64,000 nt of DNA from assembly GCA_038087875.1 (NCBI GenBank), contig JAXLNO010000098.1, positions 1-64,000 of the forward strand. The letters are read 5' to 3'. This stretch comes from Malacoraja senta. Its lineage: Eukaryota. Position numbers and translations under genes: made by a program. Shown here piece after piece: positions 1 through 12,269 of this stretch (positions are counted from its first letter, which is position 1; each line of letters starts with the position of its first letter). The notes beneath the pieces are model-generated. The model made no database searches. It was given only the letters and a program-made list of their open reading frames with translations, and was not told the origin of the DNA.

Positions 1-548
1 TGTGGAATGTAATTAGGAATGTAATTTAGTTTAACCTTAATCATAGCTAATCCAATTTAATGCATATATATTGCATTCAAGTGTAAGTTAAAAGACTCGC
101 TAGAGTATGCACCATATTGCACAATTTCAAGCTGAAAAATGCAAAAGCTCCATCCCTATGGGACCCCCCCGCTCGCTACGCTCCCCTCGGGCTTGATTTC
201 TCACAATTTCTCACTCCTAACTCTCACCCAATGTTGGCAGCCCTGCCCTTGAGTGGATTTTTCTGTATGTACTGCCACTCTGTTCCAATAAACATTACTA
301 TCTTGTTAAAGAAGGAACTGCAGATGTTGGAAAACCGAAGGTACACAAAAATGCTGGAGAAACTCAGCGGGTGCAGCAGCATCTATGGAGCGAAGGAAAT
401 AGGCAACGTTTCGGGCCGAAACCCTTCTTCAGACTGATAGGGGTGGGGGGAAGAAAGGAAAAAAGGAAAAAGGCGGAGGAGGAGCCCGAGGGCTGGGGGA
501 GGGGAGGAGACAACCAGAGGGCTGATGAAGGGGAGGGGACAGCAAGGG

Positions 549-875
549 CTAGCAGAATTGGGAGAATTCAATGTTCAAGCCCCCAGGATGTAGACTGCCC
601 AAGCGGAATATGAGGTGCATTTCCTCCAATTTACGGTGTTGCTCGCTGTGGCCATGGAGGAGACCCAGGACAGAGAGGTCAGATACGGAATGGGAGGGGG
701 AGTTGAAGTGCTGAGCCACCGGGAGCTCAGGTTGGTTATTGCGGACCGACCGGAGGTGTTCGGCGAAACGATCGCCAAGCCTCCGCTTGGTCTCACCGAT
801 GTAGATCAGCTGGCATCTAGAGCAGCGGATGCAATAGATGAGGTTGGAGGAGATGCAGGTGAACCTCTGTCGCAC
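549..875 (-). pseudogene. GIY-YIG endonuclease domain of the Penelope-like element
   Basis: ORF 549..875: IYCIRC..C, YIGET, RFAEH, VAQHFN, RKLEEMHLI, GLN motifs typical of PLE GIY-YIG. Confidence 0.9.
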
Positions 876-1109
876 CTGGAATGACTGCTTGGGTCCTTGA
901 ATGGAGTCGAGGGGGGAGGTGAAGGGACAAGTGTTGCATCTCTTTCGGTTGCAAGGGAAAGTACCAGGGGAGGGGTGGTATGGGAGGGAAGGGAAGAATT
1001 GACAAGGGAGTTACGGAGGGAGCGGTCTTTGCGGAAGGCAGACGTGGGGGAGATGGGAAGATGTGGCGAGTGGTGGGGTCACGTTGGAGGTGGCGAAACT
1101 GACGGAGGA

Positions 1110-2719
1110 TCACTTGTTGTATGTGACGGCTGGTGGGGTGAAGGTGAGGACTAGGGGGACTCTGCCCTTGTTGTGAGTGGGGGGATGGGGAGAGAGAGCA
1201 GTGTTGCGGGGTATGGCAGAGACCCTGGTGCGAGCCTCATCTATGGTGGAGGAGGGGAACCCCCGTTCCCTGAAGAATGAGGACATTTCAGATGCCCTGG
1301 TGTGGAACGCCTCATCCTGGGAGCAGGTGCGGCGTAGACGGAGGAATTGGAGTGGGGATGGAGTCCTTACAGGAAGCAGGGTGGGAAGAAGTGTAGTCCG
1401 GATAGCCATGGGAGTCGGTGGGTTTGTAGTGGATGTCGGTAAGGAGTCTATCACCTTTGATGGAGATAGTGAGGTCAAGGAATGGTAGGGAAGTGTCGGA
1501 AATGGTCCAGGTGTATTTGAGTGCCGGATGGAAGTTGGTGGTGAAGCGGATGAAGTCAGTCAGTTGTGTGTGGGTGCAGGATGTGGCACCAAAACAATCA
1601 TCGATGTAGCGGAGGTAGAGGTCGGGGATGGGGCCCTGGTACGCATTGAACAAGGATTGTTCTACGTACCCGACAAAGAGGCAGGCGTAGCTGGGGCCCA
1701 TGCGTGTGCCCATAGCTACGCCTTGTATTTGGAGGAAATGGGAGGAGTCAAATGAAAAGTTATTAAGTGTAAGGACCAGCGGAGGAGGGTGTCAGTGGCC
1801 GGGTATAGGTTGCTTCTACGGTCGAGGAAAAAAACGGAGGGCTTCGAGACCATCCTGGTGGGGGATGGAGGTGTACAATGACTGGACGTCCATGGTGAAG
1901 ATGAGGGGGTGAGGGCCTAGAGAGTGGAATGCGCGGAGACGACGGAGAGTGACTGAGGTGTCTTGAACATAGGTAGGGAGGGATTTAACCAAGGGGGATA
2001 GGATGGAGTCGAGGTAGGTGGAGATGAGTTCGGTGGGGCACGAACACGCAGAGACAATGGGTCTACCGGGACAGTCAGGTTTGTGGATTTTAGGGAGAAG
2101 GTAAAAGCGGGCTGTGCGGGGCTGGGGAACGATGAGGTTGGAGGCTCGGTCGGGCAGGGCGTGCGAGTGGATGAAGTCGGTGATGGTGCTGGAGATGGTG
2201 GCCTGGTGCTCGTCAGTGGGGTCATGGTCCAGGGGTAAGTAGGAGGAGGTGTCCGAGAGTTGGCGCGTGGCCTCAGCTTTGTAGAGATCGATGCGCCAGA
2301 CTACCACGGCACCTCCCTTGTCGGCGGGTTTGATAACCCCAATCTAGGTTGTTGCGGAGTGAGTCGATGGCAGTGCGTTCAGGGGGGGAGAGATTGGAGT
2401 GAGACAGGGGAGTGGAGAAGTTGAGGCGGTTGATGTCACGGCGGCAGTTTTGAATGAAGAGTTCTAAAGCCGGAAGGCTACGAGGGGGGTTCCATGAGGA
2501 GGGGGTGCATTGGAGACGGGAAAAGGGGTCATCAGTGGGGAGCGAGGACTCCTTCCCATGGAAGTGAGCTGTGAGGCGGAGGCGACGGTAGAAGCGTTCC
2601 AAGTCATGGAGGGCACGGAACACATTGAAGTGGGGACGGAGGGGGACAAAGGTAAGACCTCTGCTGAGGACAGACCGTTCGATGTTGGAGTGGGGGAGGT
2701 CGGGGGGGATGGTGAACAC
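1110..2719 (-). pseudogene. Reverse transcriptase region of the Penelope-like element (split by frameshifts)
   Basis: ORFs 2273..2719, 1816..2307, 1312..1713 and 1110..1478 carry consecutive PLE RT motifs including YIDD. Confidence 0.9.
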
Positions 2720-3039
2720 CCGGCAGGGATGGGGGTTGGGGCCGGAGGACGGCAGGTGGGTGGAATGGGGACGAGGCGATGTGTGGTGGGGGGGTGGTCA
2801 GGGGGTGGGGGGGTGAGAGGGCTGTAGTGTGGGTGTGGAAGAGAAGTGGTCCCATAGTTGGAGAGGGATGGGAAAGAATCAATGGAACTAACACTGAGGT
2901 AACCAAGGCTAGGCAGACTAGCGCTAGGACCCAGTGGAGTCAAATCCAGGAGAGTGGGAGTGAGCAGCGTGGAGGCTTCAGGCCCAGTACAGAGACCAGT
3001 CTGCAGGTGAGGCGACGGCTGCGGGCTGCTGGAGGGAGG

Positions 3040-3530
3040 TGCAGTGGCGAGGGTCGGCGGACCCGACGGTAGGAGTCCTCGGGCAGTGGAGTCGGGGTCG
3101 GCGGGGCTGGAGGGCGTTGCAGTGGCGAGGGTCGGCGGACCCGATGGTCGGGGTCCGTGGGCAGTAGAGTCGGGGACCACGGGCGATGCTTGGGAGGTCG
3201 GTGGGGCGGCGCGGTTCGACCAGCCCGGTGAGGCGACGGGGTGAGTAGGGTGCGGTGCGGCAGCCATGTTCGGGGAGCCCCGGTCCGGCGGTCGTGTAGA
3301 GTAGGTCCGGTCCGGCGGCGATGCTGGATGGGCCCGGTGCGGCGGCGATGTTAGGAGGACCGGTGCGGCTGTGATGTTCGGTGGGCCCGGTCCGGCGGCG
3401 ATGTTGGATGGGCCCGGTCCGGCGGCGATGTTAGGAGGACCGGGTGCGGCTGTGATGTTCGGCGGGCCCAGTGCGACGGCGATGTCGGATGGGCCCGGTG
3501 CGGCGATGAGGTTGGGCGGTCCCGGGGGGC
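3040..3530 (-). repeat. GC-rich imperfect tandem repeats encoding a Pro/Ala-rich linker inside the PLE ORF
   Basis: Repeated ~30-bp units (GGGCCCGGTCCGGCGGCGATGTT...) translate as AAPGPPNI-type repeats in ORF 2464..3963. Confidence 0.75.
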
Positions 3531-4557
3531 GGCGAGATTCGGAGGAATCGGCGAGGGGGACGAAGTCCGAGTTACCGTAGAAGCGGCGAGGCTGGGCGTC
3601 ATCGGTAGGCAGGTGAAGGTCGGCGGCAGCATCGACGTGGAGGTCGGTGAAGGCGGCGTCCTGGTGAGTACTGGAGGCGCTCCTCGTGGCCAAGATGGCG
3701 TCGCGGGACTCGGGCAGGCGATGCAGGCCGGAGTTGGGGCCCGGAGCCTGCGGGCGGTCGAGTCGCGGAGAGTCGGCAGCGGGAGCGTCCTGGAGGCGGG
3801 CTAATTTAAGGTCCTTGGTGGAGTTGAGGTGGGCCAGGAATCTTTTATTGAAGAGGTGGATCTTCCGGCGGATAAAGTATAGTTGAGGACCGTTGCAGGT
3901 CTGGGTGAGTGAGGCCCGAAGTTCCGGGAGGGTCAATGCGAGGTCCTGCTGGTGCCGGCGCATTGCAGTCAGAGTGGCATTCTACTCCCCCTCCCATCCC
4001 GTATCTGACCTCTCTGTCCTGGGTCTCCTCCATGGCCACAGCGAGCAACACCGTAAATTGGAGGAAATGCACCTCATATTCCGCTTGGGCAGTCTACATC
4101 CTGGGGGCTTGAACATTGAATTCTCCCAATTCTGCTAGCCCTTGCTGTCCCCTCCCCTTCATCAGCCCTCTGGTTGTCTCCTCCCCTCCCCCAGCCCTCG
4201 GGCTCCTCCTCCGCTTTTGTTTCGGCCCGAAACGTTGCCTATTTCCTTCGCTCCATAGATGCTGCTGCACCCGCTGAGTTTCTCCAGCATTTTTGTGTAC
4301 ATTACTATCTTGATGGCCTTGTGTGTAAAGCCACCACCAGGTGGAGCAAGTGAACCACAAGCTAAATCAAATTGCCAGTCCAAATGTGGACTCCACTCCC
4401 CTTCACTGTCTCTTGTAAGGAAGGCATCCATTTCTCCCAGATTTCTCCATCTCCTCTGCATCTGCTCTCAACCCTAACCCTTCCATTCCAGGACTCCCCT
4501 GGCTTCATCCAATCAGCGGAAAGACAATACATGACTACTTTAGAACAAGAGGAATCG

Positions 4558-5170
4558 AATATAGGAGCAAAGAGGTCCTTCTGCAGTTGTACAGAGCCCC
4601 AGTGAGACCACACCTGGAGTATTGTGTGCAGTTATGGTCCTCTAATTTGAGGAAGGACATTCTTGCTATTGAGGGAGTGCAGCGTAGGTTTACAAGGTTA
4701 ATTCCCGGGATGGCGGGACTGTCATATGCTGAGAGAATGGAGCGGCTGGGCTTGTACACACTGGAGTTTAGAAGGATGAGAGGAGATCTCATTGAAACAT
4801 ATAAGATTGTTACGGGTTTGGACACCCTAGAGGCAGGAAACATGTTCCCGATGTTGGGGGAGTCCAGAACCAGGGGCCACAGTTTAAGAATAAGGAGTAA
4901 GCCATTTAGAACGGAGACGAGGAAACACTTTTTCTCACAGAGAGTGGTGAGTCTGTGGAATTCTCTGCCTCAGAGGGCAGTAGTTCTCTGGATGCTTTCA
5001 AGAGAGTTAGATAGTGCTCTTAAAAATAGCAGAGTCAGGGGATATGGGGAGAAGGCAGGAACGGGGTACTGATTGGGGATGATCAGCCATGATCACATTG
5101 AATGGCGGTGCTGGCTCGAAGGGCCGAATGGCCTACTCCTGCACCTATTGTCTATTTTCTATTGTCTATT
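4558..5170 (+). mobile_element. CR1/HER1-like LINE 3' fragment
   Basis: VRPHLEYCVQLWS..RRMRGDLIETYKI..SRTRGHSLRI C-terminal CR1 motifs; tail TATTGTCTATT. Confidence 0.9.
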
Positions 5171-5289
5171 ACAACCGACCCATTTACAGCAGTGTGCGGG
5201 ATACAGGGAATAAGCCAGCAAAGTCCGATCAAGGATAGTCCGAGGGTCACCAGTGAAGTAGATGGCTGTTTTTCACAACTGCTCTCTGG

Positions 5290-6171
5290 GTGTGGTAGGA
5301 TGGTTCAGTTGCCAGGAACAAGACATGCAGATTATTTTGTTCTTTCTAAGCAGCTGGATTTGATGCCAAATGACGTTGGCATGTTCAAGGCATCTCGACA
5401 AGCCTGCTACGCCAGCCTTTTGGATTGACATATCAATGAAATGGTTTTGTTTCAGATACTTTGTAAGTCTTTTCGCCAAAACACTGAAAAAGATCTTGCC
5501 TTCTATGTTGAGAAGGTTTATTTGCCGAAACTGTTCGATGGTGGACAATTTTTCTTTTTCTCTTTTGGGATCAGTACTCTCCCCGCTCTTCCAAGGCTTT
5601 GGGGATAACTTGCTTTTCCCACGCAACCCTCATGTTCCTCCAGAGGAATTTCAGAATATCTGAGGCATTCTTGTAGACACAATACGGAACACCATTAGGG
5701 CCTGGTGCAGAGGCCGTTCTTGCCTTCTTCACGACCTCTTTCACCTCACTCAGCTTGGGACGGCTGATGTCAAATTGATGTTGTGGGGGTGAGATTGGTG
5801 GGATGTCAGCGGGGACAAGTATCGGTTCATCTTTTAGCTCATCAGTGTGGATGGTTCGGATGTGTCCTTCAACCTCCTTTTTCGACGCTTTCAGGGATCC
5901 GCTTTTCTCTTTTGTGAAAATGCCTTTCACAAACTTAAAGGGATCTTTGTAGAAGTGTGTTCTTGCTTTTTCCTTCTTTTTTGTCGTTTCCTTAAATTCT
6001 ACGCTCTGCGCAGCTTCGAGAGCCTCTGTTTTAGGTCCTCTTGAAGGAGGTTGATGCCCTCCCTTTCTTCTGCTGTTTTCCACAACTTCCTCAGGCCTCT
6101 TCTTTCTTTAACAAGTTGTTGGATTTCCTGGAGATGACGGGACTTGGAGGGGAGAAGGCCTATCTTTCCTG
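5290..6171 (-). mobile_element. Hero-like (R2-group) non-LTR retrotransposon, start of RT region, degenerate
   Basis: KARTASAPGPNGVPYCVYK, QFRQINLLNIEGKIFFSVLAKRL, FIDMSIQKAGVAG..CLEH match recalled Hero-clade RT N-terminal motifs. Confidence 0.75.
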
Positions 6172-6504
6172 CTGAGTTGTAGACTTTACTCAGGCAGACT
6201 TTACTCAGAGCTGCTGTAGATTTGGAAGCAACAGCAGGAGAAGATTAGCAAGAGAAAACACTGATTGGCTCTAGCCCAAGTGAGAGAAGTGAATCAAAGC
6301 GGGGAAAACAGTTGAAAACGGAGGAATTTGGATTGTAAATTGGTAACTTAGGCAATTTATCAGTCAATATAAGCAAGACTGCTCTTAGGGAGCGGCAGTG
6401 AGGGAAGTGCCCTGTAAGAAAAGTGTGAGTCTTTGACTCGAGAGTCTTCGGCTGAGGAGAGGAGGCTACGCAAGACACTGCAGAGGGAAAGACGAAAGAA
6501 GGAG

Positions 6505-7431
6505 ATGTCAGGCAAGCTGATTCAGTGTGATGCTTGCAGTATGTGGGAGGTCAAGGACACTGCTGGTGCCTCTGGCTGCTACAAATGTGACAAGTGCATC
6601 CAGGTACAGCTCCTGAAGGACCGTGTTGGGGAACTGGAGAAGCAAGTGGATGACCTCAGGTTTGTCCGAGAAACGGAGTCGTTCCTCGACAAGTCCTACA
6701 GTAAGATTGTTACACCTAAGGTACTGGAAGAGAGAAGGTGGGAGACAGTGAGAAAGGGAGGGAAGCATGGAATGCAAACGTCCCCGGGTGTTGTACCTCT
6801 TGTGAACAGGTTCGCCCACTTAGAAGCTGTCGGGACAGAAGACGTTTTAACACTGAGCGGCAGACTGGCTTGCGATGCGAATAGGGCTGTTCAGCCAAAA
6901 CCAAAAAGGCCAAAGTCAGGCAACGCCATTGTAGTGGGAGACTCCATTGTGAGAGGTACGGACAGGGGTTTCTGCGGCAACAGACGGGATTCGAGGATGG
7001 TGTGCTGCCTTCCTGGTGCCAGGATCCAGGATGTCACGGACAGAGTGCAGAAAATCCTCAAGGGCGAAGGTGAACAGCCGAAAGTGGTAGTGCATGTCGG
7101 CACAAACGATGTCGGAAAGAAGGGGATGAATATTCTGCAGCGTGACTTTAGAGAGCTCGGAAAAATGCTGAAAAGCAGGACTTCCAGGGTTGTTATCTCC
7201 GGTTTGCTTACAGTTCCTCGTGCTGGCGAGAGCAGGAACAGGGAGATACGGGACCTGAACGTGTGGCTCAGGAACTGGTGCACGGGGCAGGGATTTAGAT
7301 TCTTAGATCTCTGGGATCTGTTTTGGAGTAAAAGGGAACTGTACAAAAGGGACGGATTGCATCTTAACAGGTGGGGGACCAGCATTCTGGCAGGCAGGTT
7401 TACCACTGCTACACAGGTGGTTTTAAACTAA
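6505..7431 (+). CDS. CR1 ORF1p: CxxC..CxxC zinc finger, coiled coil, SGNH/GDSL esterase
   Basis: Open frame MSGKLIQCDAC..CDKC; esterase blocks VVGDSIVRG, CLPGARIQD, VHVGTND, DGLHLN. Confidence 0.88.
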   Translation: MSGKLIQCDACSMWEVKDTAGASGCYKCDKCIQVQLLKDRVGELEKQVDDLRFVRETESFLDKSYSKIVTPKVLEERRWETVRKGGKHGMQTSPGVVPLVNRFAHLEAVGTEDVLTLSGRLACDANRAVQPKPKRPKSGNAIVVGDSIVRGTDRGFCGNRRDSRMVCCLPGARIQDVTDRVQKILKGEGEQPKVVVHVGTNDVGKKGMNILQRDFRELGKMLKSRTSRVVISGLLTVPRAGESRNREIRDLNVWLRNWCTGQGFRFLDLWDLFWSKRELYKRDGLHLNRWGTSILAGRFTTATQVVLN

Positions 7432-10384
7432 ATAAGGGGGGTGGGGTGTCGAATGGGATAGTTGAGGATGGAGTTAAAGGGGAAGGGTTTCTTAAATGTG
7501 TGAGCGTAGAGACAGAGGGGTGTAAAATGAGGGTAGAAGCAATAGGTAGCAAGGTGAAAAGTAAAAGTGGCAGGCAGACAAATCCAGGGCAAAAATCAAA
7601 AAGGGCCACTTTTCAACATAATTGTATAAGGGGTAAGAGTGTTGTAAAAACAAGCCTGAAGGCTTTGTGTCTCAATGCAAGGAGCATTCGTAATAAGGTG
7701 GATGAGTTGAATGTGCAGATAGCTATTAATGACTATGATATAGTTGGGATCACGGAGACATGGCTCCAGGGTAACCAAGGCTGGGAGCTGAACATCCAGG
7801 GATATTCAATATTCAGGAGGGATAGACAGAAAGGGAAAGGAGGTGGGGTAGCGTTGCTGGTTAGAGAGCAGATTAACGCAATAGAAAGGAAGGACATTAG
7901 CTTGGAGGATGTGGAATCGATATGGGTAGAGCTGCGAAACACTAAGGGGCAGAAAACGCTAGTGGGAGTTCTGTACAGGCCACCTAACAGTAGTAGTGGA
8001 GTTGGGGATGGCATCAAACAGGAAATTAGAAATGCGTGCAACAAAGGTAAAACAGTTATAATGGGTGACTTCAATCTACATATAGATTGGGTGAATCAAA
8101 TTGGCAGGGGTGCTGAGGAAGAGGATTTCTTGGAATGTATGCGGGATAGTTTTCTAAACCAACATGTAGAGGAAGCAACGAGAGAGCAGGCTATTCTAGA
8201 CTGGGTATTGAGTAATGAGGAAGGGTTAGTTAGCAGTCTTGTTGTGCGTGGCCCCTTGGGCAAGAGTGACCATAATATGGTTGAGTTCTTCATTAGGATG
8301 GAGAGTGACATTGTTAATTCAGAAACAAGAGTCCTGAACTTAAAGAAAGGTAACTTTGAGTGTATGAGAAGTGAATTGGCCAAGATAGACTGGCAATTGA
8401 TTCTTAATGGGTTGACGGTAGATATGCAATGGAAGGCATTTAATGACTGCATGGATGAACTACAACAATTGTTCATCCTAGTTTGGCAAAAGAATAAATC
8501 AGGGAAGGTAGTGCATCCATGGATAACAAGGGAAATCAGGGATAGTATCAAAACAAAAGATGAAGCGTACAAATTAGCCAGAAAAAGCAGCCTACCAGAG
8601 GACTGGGAGAAATTCAGAGTCCAGCAGAGGAGGACAAAGGGCTTAATTAGGAAAGGGAAAATAGATGAAGAAAGAAAACTGGCAGGGAACATAAAAACTG
8701 ACTGCAAAAGCTTTTATAGATATGTGAAGAGAAAAAGATTAGTTAAAAGAAATGTAGGTCCCTTGCAGTCAGAAACAGGTGAATTGATCATGGGGAACAA
8801 GGACATGGCAGACCAATTGAATAACTACTTTGGTTCTGTCTTCACTAAGGAAGGTATGTCTTCACTAAGGAAGACATAAATAATCTGCCGGAAATAGCAG
8901 GGGACCGGGGGTCAAATGAGATGTAGGAACTGAGTGAAATCCAGGTTAGCCGGGAAGTGGTGTTAGGTAAATTGAATGGATTAAAGGCCGATAAATCCAC
9001 AGGGCCAGATAGGCTGCATCCCAGAGTACTTAAGGAAGTAGCCCCAGAAATAGTGGATGCATTAGTGATAATTTTTCAAAAATCTTTAGATTCTGGAGTA
9101 GTTCCTGAGGATTGGAGGGTAGCTAATGTAACCCCACTTTTTAAAAAGGGAGGGAGAGAGAAAACGGGGAATTACAGACCAGTTAGTCTAACGTCGGTAG
9201 TGGGGAAACTGCTAGAATCAGTTATTAAAGATGTGATAGCAGCACATTTGGAAAGTGGTGAAATCATTGGACAAAGTCAGCATGGATTTATGAAAGGTAA
9301 ATCATGTCTGACGAATCTTATAGAATTTTTCGAGGATGTAACTAGTAGAGTGGATAAGGGAGAACCAGTGGATGTGTTATATCTGGACTTTCAGAACGCT
9401 TTCGACAAGGTCCCACATAAGAGATTAGTATACAAACTTAAAGCACACGGTATTGGGGATTCAGTATTGATGTGGATAGAGAACTGGCTGGCAGACAGGA
9501 AGCAAAGAGTAGGAGTAAACGGGTCCTTTTCACAATGTCAGGCAGTGACTAGTGGGGTACCGCAAGGCTCAGTGCTGGGACCCCAGCTATTTACAATATA
9601 TATTAATGATTTGGACGAGGGACTTGAATGCAACATCTCCAAGTTTGCGGATGACACGAAGCTGGGGGGCAGTGTTAGCTGTGAGGAGGATGCTCGGAGG
9701 CTGCAAGGTGACTTGGATAGGCTGTGTGAGTGGGCAAATGCATGGCAGATGCAGTATAATGTGGATACATGTGAGGTTATCCACTTTGGTGGCAAAAACA
9801 GGAAAGTAGACTATTATCTGAATGGTGGCCGATTAGGAAAAGGGGAGATGCAACGAGACCTGGGTGTCATGGTACACCAGTCATTAAGAGTAGGCATGCA
9901 GGTGCAGCAGGCAGTGAAGAAGGTGAATGGTATGTTAGCATTCATAGCAAAAGGATTTGAGTATAGGAGCAGGGAGGTTCTACTGCAGTTGTACAGGGTC
10001 TTGGTGAGACCACACCTGGAGTATTGCGTTCAGTTTTGGTCTCCTAATCTGAGGAAAGACATTCTTGCCATAGAGGGAGTACAGAGAAGGTTCACCAGAC
10101 TGATTCCTGGCATGTCAGGACTTTCATATGAAGAAAGACTGGATAGACTCGGCTTGTACTCGCTAGAATTTAGAAGATTGAGGGGGGATCTTATAGAAAC
10201 GTACAAAATTCTTAAGGGGTTGGACAGGCTAGATGCAGGAAGACTGTTCCCGATGTTGGGAAAGTCCAGAACAAGGGGTCACAGTTTAAGGATAAGGGGG
10301 AAATCTTTTAGGACTGAGATGAGGAAAACATTTTTCACACAGAGTGGTGAATCTCTGGAATTCTCTGCCACAGAAGGTAGTTGA
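7371..10384 (+). pseudogene. CR1 ORF2 (APE endonuclease + RT), disrupted
   Basis: LNARSI, GITETWL, YRPP, MGDFN, SDH (APE); YRPVSLTS, YLDFQNAFDKVPH, GVPQGSVLGP, FADDTKL (RT). Broken by a tandem duplication at 8837-8873 and a TAG at 8924-8926. Confidence 0.9.
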
Positions 10385-10573
10385 GGCCAGTTCATTGGCT
10401 ATATTTAAGAGGGAGTTAGATGTGGCCCTTGTGGCTAAAGAGATCAGGGGGTATGGAGAGAAAGCAGGTACAGGATACTGAGTTGGATGATCAGCCATGA
10501 TCATATTGAATGACGGTGCAGGCTCGAAGGGTCGAATGGCCTACTCCTGCACCTATTTTCTATGTTTCTATGT

Positions 10574-11340
10574 TGTTCCTTCCCTCCAAATTTCTCGTTT
10601 CCATAGCTGTAGACTAGATCACCCATCTTCTCCAACTTCTTTTCTGATCCCTTGATTCCACTGAAGATTAGGCTCACGTCTGCATTGATGGTTTGCCACT
10701 CCTTGCTGTTAGACTTTGGCCATTTCACCAACGGCTTACGTCCTTGCATGCTCTCCACTTTACGATGTGGCTGGTTACGTCTTGGACTGTTGCCTGAAAC
10801 TTCTGCCACATCCAGTAGGGTGCTGATGCTCTGCGGACTGGGGGTTCCTTCCTGCCGCTGAGTTTCATCCGACTGTTTCTGGTCAATGCGGGGCCCTGGG
10901 TTGGGGATTTTCAAGCATTTCTTCTGTCCCTGATGAATTGTAAGACCACGAGTTGATGTTACTTTAGTCCAGCCACACCTACAGGTCTGGAGAACATGTC
11001 CAGCTGCTCGTTTTTCAAGAGTTTTGCCACTTACCTGATTCGATGTTGTGTCCGTTCCAAGGTTTGTTACCGGGTGGTCGGTCGATGAGTCATCCTGCGC
11101 CCCCTGCTCTCGCAGACTCTGGGGGTATTCTTCTCTTTGAACTTTTGGTAGCCACGTGAGGGTGGCTCTTGTGCCCTAACAAGGTGACGGAGCCAGCTGT
11201 TATGGGTAGCTAGCCCATAACAGCCCCGTTGGGGTCTATTTCCTCCTGTCAGCTGTCTCTCCAAGCTGTCACATGGTCTTTCCCTTGTCGCCAGCTGCAC
11301 TTTCACAGCAGTCACTGTTTTTTCCTCCAGAAGGTCAGTA
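10574..11340 (-). mobile_element. 5' part of the Hero-like element (N-terminal zinc finger region)
   Basis: Minus strand encodes CRCGWTKVTSTRGLTIHQGQKKC and RKPLVKWPKSNSKEW..YGNEKFG, continuing into the 5290-6171 piece across the CR1. The 5' boundary is uncertain. Confidence 0.7.
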
Positions 11341-11599
11341 GAGCTAATAGGACGATGTTTCAATCCCTGTAGTAAGTCGTCACTCTTGCTATTTGCAGTG
11401 GGATTGGAGTGGTGAAAGGGAGGGCAGGTACGTCATCGGGGTCATCAGGTGGGCACCCTCCTTCTTTGACGTTTCATTGATAAGCCCACAACGTCTCCAG
11501 AGAGCTCAACGTTGATACCTGGCGTCCCAGTTACACCCCCCTCAATTCCATACCCTCCTGTCTTCATCTTGCAGCCCAATTGTTGTCTTTCCCTTTAAT

Positions 11600-12130
11600 C
11601 CAAAACGCAAGAAATTGTGGACGCAGCCCAGACCATCACACAAACCAACCTCCCTTCCATTGACTCCATCTACACCTCACGCTGCCTCGGCAAGGCCAGC
11701 AGTATAATCAAGAATCAGTCACACCCTGGCCACTCCCTCTTCTCGCCCTCTCCCATCGGGCAAAAGGCTCAGCAGTGTGAAAACACACACCTCCAGATTC
11801 AGGGACAGTTTCTTTCCAGCTGTTATCAGGCAACTGAACCATCCAATTACAACCAGAGAGCTGTCCTGAACTACTATCTAACTCGTTGGTGACCCTCAGA
11901 CTATCCTTGATCAGACTTTGCTGGCTTTACCTTGCACTGAAATGTTATTCCCTTATCATGATAGACACAAAATGCTGGAGTTACTCAGTGGGACAGGCAG
12001 CATCTCTGGACAGAAGGAATGGGTGACGTTTCGGGTCAGGACACTTCTTCCTACAAGTTCCCTTATCATGTATCTGTACACTGTTAATGGCTCGATCGGA
12101 ATCATTTATTGTCTCTCCATTGTCTGGAGT
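11600..12130 (+). mobile_element. Rex1/Babar-like LINE 3' fragment (with a small PLE-derived insert at 11961-12057)
   Basis: AQTITQTNLPSIDSIYTSRCLGKASSIIKNQSHPGHSLF; the same 3' tail recurs at ~37050-37310 and ~49730-49930. Confidence 0.7.
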
Positions 12131-12269
12131 CCGTTCTTTAGATTTTTATCTTCATAAATCTTCATGCCTCAGTAAATTTTAAGCTCACAATTCTTTAGAT
12201 GTTATCTTTCATTGCCAAAACTTGCCTTGTTTCCCAGAGCCGGTCTTTATCTAATGCACTAAATGATTC

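Larger units (their letters stand above)
306..4300 (-). mobile_element. Penelope-like retroelement (Neptune-type), near full-length, frameshifted, with inverted terminal copy
   Basis: Minus-strand ORF pieces carry PLE RT motifs (YLLPKIHK..PGRPIVS, FTMDVQSLYTSIPH, MGTRMGPSYA, LRYIDDCF), a Cys linker GTFPCNRKRCNTC and a GIY-YIG domain (NLIYCIRCSRC..YIGETKRRLGDRFAEH). 3984-4300 is an inverted copy of 341-703. Direct repeat ACATTACTATCTTG at 292-305 and 4299-4312 is the TSD. Confidence 0.93.
6172..10573 (+). mobile_element. Near full-length CR1-clade LINE (HER1-like)
   Basis: 5' UTR, ORF1 (zinc finger + SGNH esterase), ORF2 (APE + RT), 3' tail (TTTCTATG)n at ~10556-10573. It interrupts the Hero-like element. 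Confidence 0.93.

Noticed and set aside
95..245. Possible hAT-like element end (GTTGGCAGCCCTG)
   Set aside because: Only one terminus is visible, with no partner TIR or TSD in the window.
2464..3963. 499-aa Pro-rich ORF as a host mucin/collagen-like gene
   Set aside because: It lies inside the TSD-bounded Penelope element, collinear with its RT.
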